Assembly (NCBI RefSeq): GCF_009914755.1
Contig: NC_060941.1
Length of the DNA stretch: 64,000 nt
Strand: one strand, 5' to 3'
Source: the human T2T-CHM13v2.0 reference genome, Homo sapiens
Numbering within the stretch: position 1 is the stretch's first letter; each line of letters begins with the position of its first letter. Below the pieces are notes generated by a model that did no database searches, was not told the origin of the DNA, and was given only the letters and a program-made list of their open reading frames with translations. The position numbers and the translations under genes were made by a program. Positions 17,753 through 34,781 of this stretch are shown here, piece by piece.

Positions 17753-17960
17753 ACCTGAGCCCAACCAGAAGCCAGAGTGAGGTTATCTATGTTCCCCTCT
17801 CCAATAAGAATAGAAACCCCCACTCCAGAGCAGGTGCGGTGTCTGACTCATCTTCATATCCCAGCAGTAAGTACAGTGACCAGCTCACCGCGGGTGCTCA
17901 GTAAATGCATGCTGTGTGAAGAGATGAATGAGTGAATGTCCGTCCACTCAGCAACCTTGC

Positions 17961-18246
17961 AGCCAGGTGTGGTTGCTCATGTCTGTAATCCTAACATTTT
18001 GGGAGGCCAAGGCGAGTGGATCACTTGAGACCAGGAGTTTGAGACCAACCTGGCCAATATGGTGAAACCCTGTCTCTACTAAAAACCCAAAAATTAGCCA
18101 GGTGTGGTGGTGCGTGCCTGTAATCCCAGCTACTCAGGAGGCTTGAACCCAGGAGATGGAGGTTGCAGTGAGCCAAGATTGCGCCACTCTACTCCAACCT
18201 GGGTGACAGAGCAAGACTCTGTCTCCAAAAAAAAAGGAAAAAGAAA

Positions 18247-18315
<69 letters not shown>

Positions 18316-18343
18316 AGAAAGAAAGAAGAAAGAAAGAAAGAAA
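17961..18343 (+). mobile_element. Alu with long (GAAA)n tail
   Basis: Dimer with right-arm deletion; GAAA tract at about 18240-18343. Confidence 0.95.
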
Positions 18344-18849
18344 GATTCTTACAAACTATAAGATACTAAATTATCTAAAATTATTTCAAAATAAAGAAGG
18401 AGGTTTTGATGCTATATGCAGGTAAGAAAGGTTGGAATTAATCTCTGGAATAACACACATGATTTTCTCAATTCCTGTACTAAGCACATATGCATGGCTC
18501 CAGAAATAAGCAGAAAGTCTTTGCCATTTCAACTGTCCCCCACATACTTACTATGTTAACCCACTTCTCCATCAACACTTCTGCCCCAGGCAACTAGAAG
18601 AGAGAGAAGGAAGGTGGTGAAAAGCAGCTTCATGGTTCTGCCTACTGAGCTCTGCTCTCCCCTCTATACAGCCCAGTCCTCCTAGACTCTGGGCTGACCA
18701 TGCTACAGAGAGCAAGTGCTGCATGCTCTGCCTTCTGCTTTGGTGCCTCCCTATCTCTTCTTATGGTGGTCTCCATTCACACCTGCAATCATTGTTTATT
18801 CTACTGCTTTTTTTTTTCTTTTAAGAAAGAAACTGAGATGATAAGCAGC

Positions 18850-19297
18850 AACTACTTGACAAGCAAGTGTTCAAACACAATGCTATGGCAATCTCCTCAA
18901 CATGCTTGAAATATATGAAAAGATAGAAAATCTCAGCAAGGAAATAGACACAAAGAAGTAGCAAGTGGACATTTTACAAATGAAAAATATGATAACTAAA
19001 TTTTTTAAATTCAGCTGATGGGCTCAACATCAGGAGGGAGAGGACAGAGGAAAGAATCGGTGAACTTGAACACAGAACAATAGAAATTGTCTGATCTGAG
19101 CAAAAGAGAGAAAATAGACTTTAAAAGATGAACAGAGCCTTAGGTAGCTGTGGGACTGTAATAAAAGAGCAAACATTCATGTCATTGAAGTTCCAGAAGA
19201 AGAAAAGAAAGAAAGCAGAGTTGCAAAAAGGTATTTGAAAACATAACGGCTAAAATTTTCCCAGTTTCAGCAAGACATAAAGCTACAGATCCCAAGA
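18850..19297 (+). mobile_element. Ancient L1M ORF1 fragment
   Basis: gaggaaagaatcggtgaacttgaa...aacattcatgtcattgaagttccagaag. Confidence 0.75.
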
Positions 19298-19359
19298 TAA
19301 CTATCCTCAAAGTCAGTCAGAGCCTGGGTCTAAAAACCATTTTGAGCAGATTCCTGGAA

Positions 19360-21280
19360 AACTCAATCTCCAGTCCAAACATTCTTCTAACCTCAGACCT
19401 CCTTGCCATCCCTCTCCTTGATATCTGCACTTGAGCCGTCTCAAAGATGCATCCAACTCAACAAGTCCAAAGTAAACTCACAATTATGCCCTCCAGAAAG
19501 GAGTCCCATCACCTTACACTGTTTCCTAGTTTTCATCCCTGACCCCTCTGTGTCTTCATCCCCACACTCTGTCCTGCCTGGAGCCCATTCAATGTTGCCT
19601 CCTGTTAAAGCTCTCAGATTTGTCCATCTCTCTATCTCCTTCTCTGCCAACCTAGCCCAAGCTACCATCGTCTGTCAATAGCCTCCCAGGTGGTCTGCCC
19701 ACGTTCACTCTTAGTTTTTCGCCACTGTGCAGCCAGAATGGTATTTTTGCAAACAAATCTGATCTTGCCACTCCCCCTGTAAGAAACATTAACAGCCTCC
19801 CAGGGCTCTTACAACTCCTCTACTGGACCTCAGTTTGGCCCCTGCTGACCTCCCAAGCCTCAAGCCATAATAACCTCCCACTTAATCCCCAAGGGGCAAC
19901 CACAAAGATTTTGGTTCCTCAGACAGAACACATTCCCTTGATTACAGTGACTGTTCACACACTGTTTCCTGGGCCTAAAATGCTCCTTTCCTCTCTTTGC
20001 TTGGTTAACTCATACTCTTCCTCCAAATCTCAAATAAATTATCATTCATTCAACTCAACAAATATTTACTGGACACCTACTACATGCCAAATACCGTGCT
20101 AGGTGCTGGAATGCAGCAACAAACAAATCAAGCTTCTGTCCTCAGGAAGCTTACATTCTCCTAGGGGGAGGGGGAGAGGAGAAAATAAACACATATAAAA
20201 TGTACCAGGTGGTCATAAGTGCCCCGAAGACAAAAAGGGTAGAGGGAGTGAGGGGAGGCAAATGCTATTGTATTAATATCTTTAGAGAAGGTATCTATGA
20301 TAAAGTGTTATCTTATTTTAACAGAGACCTGAAAGAAGGGTGGGAGCCACACTGACAGCTGCAGGTGAAGAGTGCAAGGTAGGCCGGGTGCGGTGGCTCA
20401 CGCCTGTAATCCCAGCATTTTGGGAGGCCGAGGTGGGCGGATCACGAGGTCAGGAGATCGAGACCATCCTGGCTAACACGGTGAAACCCCGTCTCTACTA
20501 AAAATACAAAAAATTAGCTGGGCAAGGTGGCAGGCGTCTGTAGTCCCACCTACTCGGGAGGCTGAGGCAAGAGAATGGTGTGAACCCCAGGGGGCAGAGC
20601 CTGCAGTGAGCCGAGATCGCGCCACTGCACTCCAGCCTGGGTGACAGGAGACACCATCTCAAAAAAAAAAAGAGTGCAAGGTAGAGGGGGCTGCTGTGCA
20701 AAAGTCCTGGGGTGGGAGCAGAGGCCACCATGGCTCAGGAAGAGGGAATGAGGGCAAGAGTGGAATGAGACGAGATCAGAAAGGAAACAGAGTCATCATT
20801 TAAGGGCCCATAGGCCTTAATAGGGAGTTGGATTTGACTCTGAATGATGCAGGGAGCCATTGGAGAATTACGTGACCTGGCTTACTTTAAAAGGATCACA
20901 CGGGCTGCTGCGAGGAAAAAACAATTGACAGAGGTAAGGCAGGAAACTGGGAGACATGAATAAGCAATTGTAGCCTTCCAGGTGTGAGACAACGGTGGGC
21001 TAGGCCATGTGGGGGAAGTGGATGGGGTGAGACATCGCTGGAGCCCAGTTGAATCAATGCCCCTAATGGAAGTTCCCAGAGCACCTCCTTCTTCTATGGT
21101 GGTTGTAATGGGACATTTATTGGTGCACATTTGATTAATGTCTGTCTCCCCCTACTGGGCTATAAGCCTCAAGAAGGCAAGAAATGGGTCTTCTTTGCTC
21201 ACCATTGCATTTCCAACATCCAGTGCCCACAATATATGCTCTATATAGTTTTCTTGAATGAATGAATGAATGAATGAACA
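19360..21280. mobile_element. L2 (+) containing a nested L2 in the opposite orientation (about 20040-21060)
   Basis: L2 body with (tgaa)n 3' end at about 21255-21278; inner cattcattcaactcaacaaatatttactg is an inverted L2 3' end. Confidence 0.7.
20382..20671 (+). mobile_element. AluY
   Basis: Diagnostic gagatcgagaccatcctggctaacacgg and gagaatgg; CpG-rich; perfect TSD aagagtgcaaggta. Confidence 0.9.
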
Positions 21281-21433
21281 AATACCCCAAAAACAAAAGC
21301 ACAAACACACAATCCTTTAAGTCTACTTGGGAAGCCCAGCCTTCCCTGCTCTCTTGAGGCTCTGCAAGAAGCAGTCATGCAACATCCACTCCATGCCCAG
21401 CACCTTCCAGGCACAATATTAAAGAAGTGCAGG

Positions 21434-21766
<333 letters not shown>

Positions 21767-21878
21767 TCAGGTCCAGGGTCTGCCAGCCATGGCCAGAGAC
21801 ATAATAATTGCTAAGAATTACTGAGTTTACTTTGTTTCAGAGACCACTTTAGATGCTTTCTGTTATTACTTTGCTTAA

Positions 21879-22334
<456 letters not shown>

Positions 22335-24001
22335 TGAAACTCCTTTCCAAACCTAAGTTTAGATTTCCAATGCCACTGAAATCTCACCTAAATTCAGGGC
22401 AATCAGAGGGAGAAGCTTCTACACACCCCAAATCTCAGGCTGTCTCTCCATCTCCTTCCCTTGGTCAAGTGGCAACCTCCCAAGGACGGCCACAAGGCAC
22501 CCAGAGCCCAGCTGCAGAGTCCACTGGCTCTGTGGGAGTCCTGGAGATAAAGGACACCACCGTCCCCTCTCAGATGCCCCAAGCTAAATGGACCCAGCAA
22601 AGCCTGGCCCAGCAGCTCCAACTGCTGTCTGTGGGGAAGCTGGCTGAAAGAGCTCCGGGGCAGGCTCCGTGTCTTATCTGTCCTGCAAATCCAGAGCTGT
22701 GGGTGCCAGGAGCCAAAGCCTCATTTCTGAGCCTGGTTTGTGTCCTAGCTTAGCCCAGATCCTAAAAGTCAGGAGATGAAGGAATGGCCATCATTCTTCT
22801 TGACTCAACTGCATGTTTGAGAACTAAGATGCCAGGACTCACAGTGACAGGAGAGGCAGTGCAGTCCCCCAGTGCATAGCAGCTGCACCCTGAGGCTGGT
22901 GTGTCTGAGCAAAGCCAATGCAGAGCTGCGGGCCCTACAGATCCCATGGGGAAGGAGGGAGAGGGGAGGGCAGGGGAGGGTAGCAGCTGAGGAGGGTTCT
23001 CACTGCCTCGCCTGAAGCTGAAACCTAGCATCCAGTGGGTGATAGTGCCTGGCACGTTGCATTTCCCAGGGATGGAAAAATGTACTTTTGTCCCCTCCAA
23101 TCAGTTGGAGGTGTGCCTGGAAAAGTGAGTTGAGAAGGATGGGGCTGAGCTTGGGCCTCCTGGGCTATCACAGCCACTGAGTACTGAGTGAAGAGTGATG
23201 GCTGATGAGAGAGGGAAGCGAGGGTGGGTGTGCGTGTGCCAGGCTTTCACAGCTCCAGAGCTGAGCTGCTCCAGAGCTCATATCGATAGAGACAGAATAA
23301 CTTCATCCACAGGATTCTGCCTGCTGAGAATCAGAAACAAGTTCCCTCTTCCTGGCCAGCCATGCCAAGAGCCCTCAGCTAGACCCGTCAGGATTCTAGG
23401 TCCCTAAGGGGCACGGAGCCTCCATGGACTGTCCTGTTTGTGGTTTTAGCCTCTGGGAACAGTTGGCTCCCATCTGACCCAGCAGCAGCCAGAAAACATC
23501 ACCACACTTGATCCAAGAACCCACCGTTGGGGCCACCAGGCAACCAAGCCACCAGGCTGAAGTTGCAGGCAGCCCCTAGCCCTCTCTCCTCACCTCTCCG
23601 TCACCCTCTTCCTCCTCCTTTCCTGCCATTCGCCATCTATCAAAATAAAAACTCAAATTTTAAGGACAAATCCTAGAAAATGAGTGAATACAGAACATCA
23701 GGGAAGAGGAATGTAGCATTAGTTTTATCCCTTAGGCCTTGAGCATTGATGAGTTTAAAGAAGGAAAAATCAAGAAGGAAACTTGAGTGAAGAGAGGCAA
23801 CGAATGGGGGAAAAGCTGGGCAAGATGTTAGAAGGACCGGATTCTAGTCCCAGCTCACCACTCACCTGGGGCACCAGACGTCACTGTTCTCACCTGAGGT
23901 CCTGGTTGTGCATAGGGTTGTCTCTGGGCATTGGAGGGGAGAACCAGGGAGCCGGCCCCCAGGACCACCCCTGCATCACTTAATGCAGCTTCCAGATTAC
24001 A

Positions 24002-24131
24002 TTTTATTTTTAGTAGAGACGGGGCTTCACCATGTTGGCCAGGCTAGTTTTGAACTCCTGGCCTCAAGTGAAACACACGCCTCAGCCTCCCAAAGTGCTG
24101 GGATTACAGGCGTGAGCCACTGTGCCTGGCC
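24002..24131 (-). mobile_element. Alu left monomer (FLAM-like)
   Basis: Monomer flanked by TSD tccagattac(a/g)ttttattt. Confidence 0.85.
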
Positions 24132-26157
24132 TCCAGATTACGTTTTATTTCAACAAGAGGTTCTGCAACCAAAAAAATTAGAGTATTAAATATTTTCTAC
24201 AAAGAGTATATACGACCTGTAAGTTATAAAGAATAATAAAATGCACACCTATGTGCCCCCACCCAGCTTAAGAAAGAGAATAACTTTAATTTTTTTATTT
24301 ATTTTTTGTTTCCTGATTCAAATGTAACATATATTGACTATAGAAATTTTGCAAGATCCGGAAGAGAGAAAACAAGTATCACCACAACTTCATTATCTTT
24401 TTGCAAACATTCTGGTGACAATTCTTTCCTGTTTATCCTGGGTGTGTATCTTTTTTCTGAAATTGAGATCCTATGGTGCAAATTGTCCCCTTTTTTCCAT
24501 CATGGCCATCTTCCTTGGATCAGCTAATTTCTTGGCACCCTTTCACCTCCAAGATTTCAAGTTAAAAACCCCCGGATTTTTTGTGGGGGTGGGATTCAGA
24601 GTTGATTTTCCAAAAAGAAGCAGTAGTAGGAATTGATAGATTGGGGAAAATCTGTCCTGTCTGGCTTCTACCTGAAACATACACTACATTAAGAGGTTGA
24701 TAAAGTGCATCCTGTCATATCTCGCCCAGAGCGGTATCTCAGGATTAATGTTGATTGATGTTTGTGTCTCATGAGGCTGAAAGCATGAGGCATCTCTGGA
24801 GATAAGAAGGAAAATGAAAGCCAGTGCTTTCAGGATTAAAAAAAAATGCCTTAGAAGGCTTCCCTGCAGCTCCAAGCCAAGCACCGGGGCCTGTGATAGA
24901 TTCTCAGTACACACTGCGTGCCTGTATCTCATCGTTGTGCCTGTTCAGTCATCATTTATCCAGAGGATAAGGCACGGTTCTATAAACCTACCTAGAACAC
25001 ACTCAGGCAAAAGGGGACATACATTAGAGGAATACGAGGCTATCACCCATCATTCAAAGAAAATCCATGGGAAAGGCAAGGATCCTGTTGGGTGTCGGGG
25101 TCAACTGGAACCGGGCAATCAAACAGCCCCTGGGTTCTCTCTTCCTTGTCCTCTCTGGGCTCTATTCTCTCACCCTAGAGACAGCTTTCTCCAGGAGGAG
25201 GGAAAATGGCCACTGACACCTCTCACGTTTTCCATCTTAGGAGTTTTATTCCCAGAGAAAGCCTTACTTCCTTCCTTAGCCTCAGTTAAAAGTAAAAAGA
25301 AACCCTGCCTGGGAAGAACTGAGATTGGCCTGACTTTCATCAAGTGCCCAATCCTGGACCATTCCATTGTGTCCAGGGTCACTGAAAGTGGCAGCACACC
25401 CCACTGAATTGCAGCCATGCAGTTAGGGGATATCTGAGCCTAAGAGCAGTCGCTGATCCTAAGCAGGAGTTGAAATCATGAAAGTGGCTGCAAATCACCC
25501 AGTGAGTGTATAGAAGGAAAAGAAGAAAGCAGGGCAGAACACTGGGCGTAAACACAATTTAAAGAATGGAAAGAAGACAAGGAATCCAGGAAGAAAAGTG
25601 AAAATGGCTATAAAAAAAAGCAAATAGGTGGAAAATCCAGACAGCACAGAGCCACAGGAGCCAAGAAGGCTGGAGTTTGGAGGAGGACGGAGTACCCACC
25701 AGCATGGAAGTCCAGGAAAACATGCAAAGGAGAACGGCCCTGGGGTCTGGAAGCAGGAGGGGCACTGGTGATCTCTGCAAATGCCATTTCCGTGGAGGGT
25801 GGGAGTGGAAGCCAGGTGAAGACCAGCAAATACAACCTGAGGGTAGTTCTTGAGGAAAATAGTTAGGGAAGGTGGGAAAGGTGGAATAGGAAGCGGGAGA
25901 GGCAGAGGAGACAGTCCCTTCCACCTTAACCACATGGGTTTATAGATCAGACCTCCCTTGACACCAAACCCTTTGCATGCAATCCCCTGTTATTCAATCC
26001 AATGTCACATTAAATGTCCATGCTATACACTATAAGAAAGTATTTCTAATAATAATAGCTAATACTTATAATAAATCACAGAGGCCTGACTCAAGCTCAC
26101 GTTCTCACCTATTCTTTCTGCTCCTTCCCCACTGGTCCACTAAAGTAAAGGAGTACA

Positions 26158-26469
26158 TTTTTTTTTTTTTTGAGTCGGAGTCTCGCTCTGTTGCCCAGGC
26201 TAGAGTGCAATGGCACGATCTTCAGCTCACTGCAACCTCTGCCTCCCGAGTTCAAGCAATTCTCCTGTCTCACCCTCCCAAGTAGCTAGGATTACAGGCG
26301 CCTGCCACCATGCCCAGCTACCTTTGGTATTTTTAGTAGAGATGGGGTTTCACTGTATTGGTCAGGCTTGTCTCTTTGCCAGGCTGGTCTCGAACTCCCG
26401 ACCTTGTGATCTGCCCACCTCGGCTTCCCAAAGGGCTGGGATTACAAGGATGAGCCACTGCGCCTGGCC
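26158..26469 (-). mobile_element. Alu
   Basis: Antisense dimer with a small internal duplication near 26360-26392. Confidence 0.95.
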
Positions 26470-27457
26470 AGTAATGGGGTAATTTATCTAGAGGGAGATG
26501 ATAGAGCAACAGAGGCCAGCTCCTCCCAGACTTACAGCCTTCCCCTAAGAAAAATGAGTGCTCTCTCCTTCTATTTCTACCAAACATCTACCTCCATTCT
26601 ACCAACACTCTCTCCCAGCTCTCTGAAGGAGAAATAAAGCCCTGTCTGAGTTATGTGTGGAGGCACAACCATTAGTTTTGGACAAAACAGCAATTCTAGA
26701 TAATTGCAATGTTCAGGGTGTCTGCCCCCTACCCAATGGCCCCTCTCTGGAGTCCAAATCTCCCCTTCTCTGCTTCATGCTGTAGGAAACTGCAGAACTG
26801 ACAATGAGGTTATGAAATGCCTGGGCGTATAAAAGGCAGACAGTGCTAGACTCCAGGAGACTATTCAAGGCTGGCTTTATTTAGTGTGTCCCACAGCCAC
26901 TAATTGCCGGGCAGATCCTGATGCCATAGCTGATAGAACAGCACAAGGCAGCTAGGACACCCGCAATGTGGCCTTCTGGAAATGGGACCAAAAGCCCATT
27001 CTCATAACTTGTCTTAAAAGTAGGTTCCCCTCTGGTTCAGCCACAACCACTGCTGGTGACCTCACTTCAAACCTGGCTGTGCTGCACTGGGGCTGCTGAC
27101 ACACACCTGACTATCATAAGTCGCTGTCCTTTGTCATATTCTTCCTGCTGGTGCAATATTTTTCTTCCTGCCTATGGCCTAATTTTTAGGGCAGGAAGAT
27201 GAAAATAAGACCTTCCATCTGTTCCCACTTCTAAAATATTAGGTGTAAAGAAATATTCTCTCTGAATTAAAAACTTTCCACGTTGAACCACTAACTTGAA
27301 AGTTACTCTTTACTTTTTTCTTTCCCCTTTCCCCTCTTCTTTTCTTCTCCTTTGATTCCTTTTTACTGAAATCCATCCCCAGCCTCTCCTCTCTCTCCAC
27401 ATTACCCCCATCCCTCTTCTTCAGTTCCCTCTATTACCCATCTTCTCTCCTTTCCAT

Positions 27458-27587
27458 GGTCCAGACCACAGCAAGGCAAAAAAGGCACGTAGGGCACAAA
27501 ATCTAAGGAGGCTTCCCGAGGTGCAGGCATGACCCTGAGAGTGACTGTCCGTAGACACCTTTGTCACCTCGCCCTAGATCCAGCCCT
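27458..27587. mobile_element. MER91A-like hAT relic
   Basis: gggcacaaaatctaaggagg...atgaccctgagagtga...ctcgccctagatccagccct. Confidence 0.6.
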
Positions 27588-27729
27588 TTTCCTTCCCTAT
27601 GTCTCTTACTTTACATCATTCAAATAAGGATTTGTCTTCCATCTCTCCCTATTCCTTTGCTCTTTTGGCCACCTGGTAGAATGTTTATTCCTTATACATG
27701 TAACAACTATATTATCTAGAATACTCATT

Positions 27730-28142
27730 CAGCTACTGTATTGAAAGCCAACTTATGTAGGGCATACACAAGATAGAAATCTATTTATTTTTCCTCCAAC
27801 ATTCAGGGGTAAGCAGTTCAAGGCTGATATGGCAGTTCCACAGCCTCAGGGTTCTTCCAGCCCATGGCTCTACCATCCAGCACTGGGCTTCCATCTCAGC
27901 ATCAGATGGCTGCTCCAGCACCCACCACCACCCCTACATCCCACCCAGAGGAAGGGAAGAGAGGAAGAGGAGGGTTTGCTCCAATCTCTCTCTGGGCTTG
28001 ACTTCTGCTCTCACATCCCGTTGGCCAGAATTCAGTTATGTCGCCACACCTCCCTGCAAAGGAGGCTGAGAAATGTTTTTAAATTTTGTGCCCAGCCAAA
28101 AATTCTGTTACTGAAAAGGGGAGAGTTGGAGGATAACTAGAA
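27730..28142. mobile_element. LTR33-like ERVL LTR
   Basis: acatcccgttggccagaattcag...gcaaaggaggctgagaaatg...aaattctgttact. Confidence 0.55.
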
Positions 28143-28369
28143 ATATTTTCCATGTTTTATCGTACTGAGAAATTGCATCTTTTCTTACTCGAAATATTAG
28201 GGAGAGGAAAACAATAGCTATCCCTCTCCTATTCTTTTTCTTAATAGTGCTGCTTGCATTTTAGATGAAGTGCATTTACATGCACTTGTATAATAAGTGG
28301 AATTTATGGCAGAATAGTGACGATGTTGATGATGATGATGACGAAGACAAAGACAAAGATGAAGGCAAC

Positions 28370-28590
28370 AGTCGACACCTACATATCACTGTCTAAGTGC
28401 GGATGCTATTATTCTAAGCCTTTTTATGAAGCCCTCCACATTAACCCACTTTACCCTTACAACAACCTGAGATATACATTATTATTATCTCTATTTTACG
28501 GATGAGGTAATTGACACAGAGAAGTTGCAGTGACAGAGCCAGTAAGGGATGAATCTAGATTCAAACCTAAGTCGTCTGGCTCTAGAGGGA
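28370..28590 (-). mobile_element. MIR
   Basis: ccttacaacaacctgag...attttacggatgagg...gattcaaacctaagtcgtctggct. Confidence 0.65.
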
Positions 28591-29014
28591 AACACTGTAA
28601 ACAATATAAATAGATGTTATTCCTGGTGGTAGCACTGGAATATGTTGCACAGTTTTAGGAGACCCCATGGCAGATGGCACCATGCTGTGCTCTGGAGGTG
28701 ACACTGGGGTCATTAACACCATCTTCTACATGAACGTGCAATGTGGCGGTCTAGGTCATGTCCTTCCTCCTCCCCTAATAAGTCTAGACTCTCTTCTTAA
28801 TTCTGTCCAGTGCTCTCCTCCTGCGCAACTAAAGTTCTTCTTCATCTCATTTGGGAAACTAAAGCCCTTTCTGAATGGTTTTCCAGGGCACGTTGATTGA
28901 TGCCATCAGTTCAGGAGTTCCTGAACTTGTCTTCATGTCAGAGTCACCCTTAGAACCTTATAATAATGCAAACCCCCAAGCCTCACCCCAGGATACTCTG
29001 AATAAGAAAGTCTG

Positions 29015-29391
<377 letters not shown>

Positions 29392-29628
29392 TTAATATTA
29401 ATATGCTGAATCTGATATTGAATCTCCTCTGCAGTGTCCCACCCTGGTGACACTCAGCCTTTGTACAGTGCTCACACTAGTCCCAGGTCTGCAACAGCAG
29501 CTCACATTGACTGAGTATCCCAGGCACCGGGACAAGGATGGATGGATGATCTCATCAAATCCACCCAAAATCCCTCAGGGCTCAGTGCAATTACCCCCAA
29601 CCACAGGGAAACAGACTCCAAACGTTAA

Positions 29629-30091
<463 letters not shown>

Positions 30092-30309
30092 TCCATTTTT
30101 AAAATATGAAAACTGCAACTCAAAGAAGTCAAGAAAGTGGTCCAAGTCAAATAACTTACAAGTGGCTCAGGTAGACCTTGAAACACATTTGTCTGAGCCA
30201 AAATCCCAGTTTCCTCTCCATAAGTCACACGGCTTTCCTGCAGAGCCCCGCAGCCTCACGACCCAACCATATGTGACCTCAGCATAGGCAACACATGCAG
30301 CTGACCTTA

Positions 30310-30630
<321 letters not shown>

Positions 30631-30883
30631 TACCGCTTCTCACATGGGAAGATGAAGAGAAACTCTTGCACACAGACAACAGGAGACATGTATGTGAAAG
30701 TTCCCTGCAGTGCTGGTCACAGCAGATAAAAACCAGGCACAGCACACATGCCCTTCAGTGGAAGAATAGATGAAAGAAATGTGGGCTATTCACTCAGCAG
30801 AACGTTATGCAGCAGCCAAAACAACAGACATGCCACAATACAGAAGAATCTAAGCAACGTAATCTTAAATCAAAAAAGCAACC

Positions 30884-31369
<486 letters not shown>

Positions 31370-31547
31370 CTAAAAATGAAAGCAAAGGATTGATGGACAG
31401 AGGAATCAGGATGATTCTCAATTTGGGGAGTGAAGTGGGATGAGTATATGGTTAAATGTAGGTTATTGCCAAGGCCCTAGCTTTTGCTTTGGGTTTACAG
31501 AGCCTTATTACATTGGAATAAACCAATGAATGAAAGTGGACTGTCCA

Positions 31548-31616
31548 CGGGTGAATGATGAGTGTCTCAGAATTCCATTATGATGATTGACCCAATTCTG
31601 AGCACCCTGAGGTCCA
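31548..31616 (+). pseudogene. SNORD112-like box C/D snoRNA remnant at an L1 3' end
   Basis: Box C ATGATGA (31555-31561), C'-like ATGATGA (31580-31586), box D CTGA (31607-31610) followed by GGTCCA. Internal atgattgacccaattctg resembles the recalled SNORD112 sequence atgattaatccagttctg. Confidence 0.6.
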
Positions 31617-32389
31617 ATTTAAAGAAAAGCTAGGTTAACCGATGAAGAAATGATTTGGCATGATGCATTATCAGCTCTTGGAAGGAGGGATTGAATTTTC
31701 TTCCTAGTTTTGATCCTCAGCTATGTGCCTTGAGGAAAACAATCACGAACGACAGCACAAAAGAGCCCAGAGAGAATACGTGAACTTGAACCCACTGATC
31801 ACTGCGAGCAGGGCAGGTTGTTTAAGAGGGGATTCCATGGCCAAGTGAAGTGTGACTTCAGCAAACGCTCTCAAAACTATGATGCCTCCCACACAGAGAG
31901 CACACATGTGTGCATGCGCACACACCAGCCGCTGCTATGGAAGAAAAACACCTGTAACACCCACAGTCCAGGAGAAAACCTGAAGAGCAAATGCTTCTGC
32001 AAAGGTGACATGTGCATTTAAAATCACAGTATGATGCAAATGACATATCTTCTCTCCTAAAAGTATATTTCTCACATGGAAAAAGGGCTATGCCACATGA
32101 GAGAGAGGAAATAGAGCAGAAAGAGTGGCTGAGAGAAGTCCAGGTAAATTTTGCTGGCTTTTTATAATTCGACTGGCCCTCCCTGAAGACTGGGCAATAG
32201 AATTTCCTCCTCCCTGGGGCTGTTGAGCTTGTCAATTCTCTGATGACACAGTCACCAAGTTCTGAGACCCTGCTGGAGACAAATGTCCACAAGGAGGAGG
32301 CAGCGAGCTGCAAAGAGCCTGGCACTCAGTGAAGGAGCCTGCCTAGACGCAGCTTCTCCCACAGCCTGCAGCTGCTGTTCTCTGTGCTA

Positions 32390-32964
<575 letters not shown>

Positions 32965-33269
32965 CATGGGGGTGGTCTTAATGCCACAGGTTCCAGGTAA
33001 GAGTGGCTATTGTATGTCCCAGGAATGAGGGTGTTGGGGCAGATATGGCGATGTCACTGAGCACTTTCTGTACACTTCTGGAGAGGCAGACCCCCTTGGC
33101 GTCTCCTCCTCCTGATCCTGACTGAGTGGCAGGATAGGTTGGAACTTAGCGTCAAGAAAGTTCAGTGTGCCAGAGAGTTTTTCCAACTATGGAGCTAAAA
33201 GCACCAAACAAACCTCCACAGTCCCTTCCTGAGCCACAGTTCTCGGCTGATGATTCTATAAGCAGAAGG

Positions 33270-33520
33270 CAGCTGCAGGATGGCGGAAAGCGTATCAACG
33301 TGGGGCCAGACCACTAGGGACTGAATCTTGGTTCTGTCTGCCGTCTGCAGGATCCTGGTGATGAACTTAATGTCCCAGACTCTCACTTTCATCATCTATA
33401 AAATGGGAAGAATTATAGCCTCCTCCAGGGGAGTATTGGATAAGATTAAGTAGATAATACATGCAAAAGAGTCGATGACATCATGCGACACATTGGTGTC
33501 ACAATAAAGGTTCACTTGTT
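33270..33520 (+). mobile_element. MIR
   Basis: ttcatcatctataaaatggg...gtattggataagattaagtagataatacatgcaaaag. Confidence 0.7.
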
Positions 33521-33914
33521 CATCATGCATCCTTGTAGCTCCCGGAAAGCACCCAATGGAGAAGGCAAACGACATGGCAGCAGAAGTCTGGCATCATGGG
33601 CAGGGCCTGGGCGGCCTTACAGAGGCTCTCTCTTATTAGAGGCTGCTTCTCAATGGTCAAAAAGGTGGCTCCTTGGGATGCTGGGACAGGAGAAGTTATC
33701 ACTGGGGGACTTTTCTAGGGAAGGAAACGTTTGTGCCTAGTGGCCACTTCCTGGGTGAAGCCCTCCCCGAGTCCCACCTTCCTCCTCACCTCCAGGCAGA
33801 GCAAGCGGTCATCCTCTCCTCCAGACTTCTGGCACGCTCATGTTATTCACAATGACAGCTCCCATATTGAGCACTCAGTATATACCAGGCACTGGGCTTA
33901 GCACTTACCATGCA

Positions 33915-34244
33915 TTCTTTCTTTCTTTCTTTTTTTTTTCTTTTTTCTTTTTTTTTTTTTTTGAGACAGGGTCTTGCTCTGTCGCCCAGGCTGGAGTGCA
34001 ATAGAGCAATCTCGGCTCACTGAAGCCCCTGCCTCCCGGCTGAGGCGATTCTCATGCCTTAGCCACCCAAGTAGCTGGGATGACAAATGCTCACCACCAC
34101 ACCCGGCTCATTTTTGTATTTTTAGGAGAGACGAGGTTTCACCATGTTGGCCAGGCTGGTCTCGAACCCTGGACCTCAAGTGATCCACCTGCCTTGGCCT
34201 CCCAAGGTGCTGGGATTACAGGCTTGAGCCACCCAGGCCCGGCC
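33915..34244 (-). mobile_element. Alu inserted in a MIR
   Basis: TSD gcattctttc. Confidence 0.95.
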
Positions 34245-34781
34245 GCATTCTTTCATTTAATCCTCATAATGACACTTTGAAAGAGGAAAGTGAAGATTAG
34301 CAACATGAAATAATAGACAAAGCTGCACAGATAACACACAGTGGAGTCAGGATGCAGACCCGGGTCTGCTGGGTCCAAGCTTGAGCTTTCAGCCACTGCA
34401 CTACAATGCCTCCCTCATGCACCATCATGACCCTTATCCCATGATATGATCTTTCTGCACCTGTTAGTCACAAGCGGTAGACTGTCGGCTGTTTAGAGTC
34501 AGGAACTGTAGCTCTTTTGTCTATTTATCCTGAGTGCCTAGCACAGTACCTGGCTAAGAATGAATGAAAGGAAGGAAGAATAAATGAACAGATCTTCTCC
34601 AAAGCCCCAAGGAAGGAGACAGCACCATTGTTCCTCCTAGGTCAATACAACTCAAAACCTCCATTCCCATCCAAGCATGCCAGAGGGGGAGGGGATAGGT
34701 GGCTGCATATGGAGGCTGCCCCTTCCCTGCAGTGCACCCCTCACCCATTCCAACAGCCCAGAGCTTAGTCATGGGAGAAAC

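Noticed and set aside
24814-25407. 197-aa plus-strand ORF
   Set aside because: No similarity to any protein family I recognise and no promoter or poly(A) context.
26820-26845. TATA-like TATAAAAG after GGGCG
   Set aside because: Isolated motif with no supporting exon, CpG island or downstream ORF.
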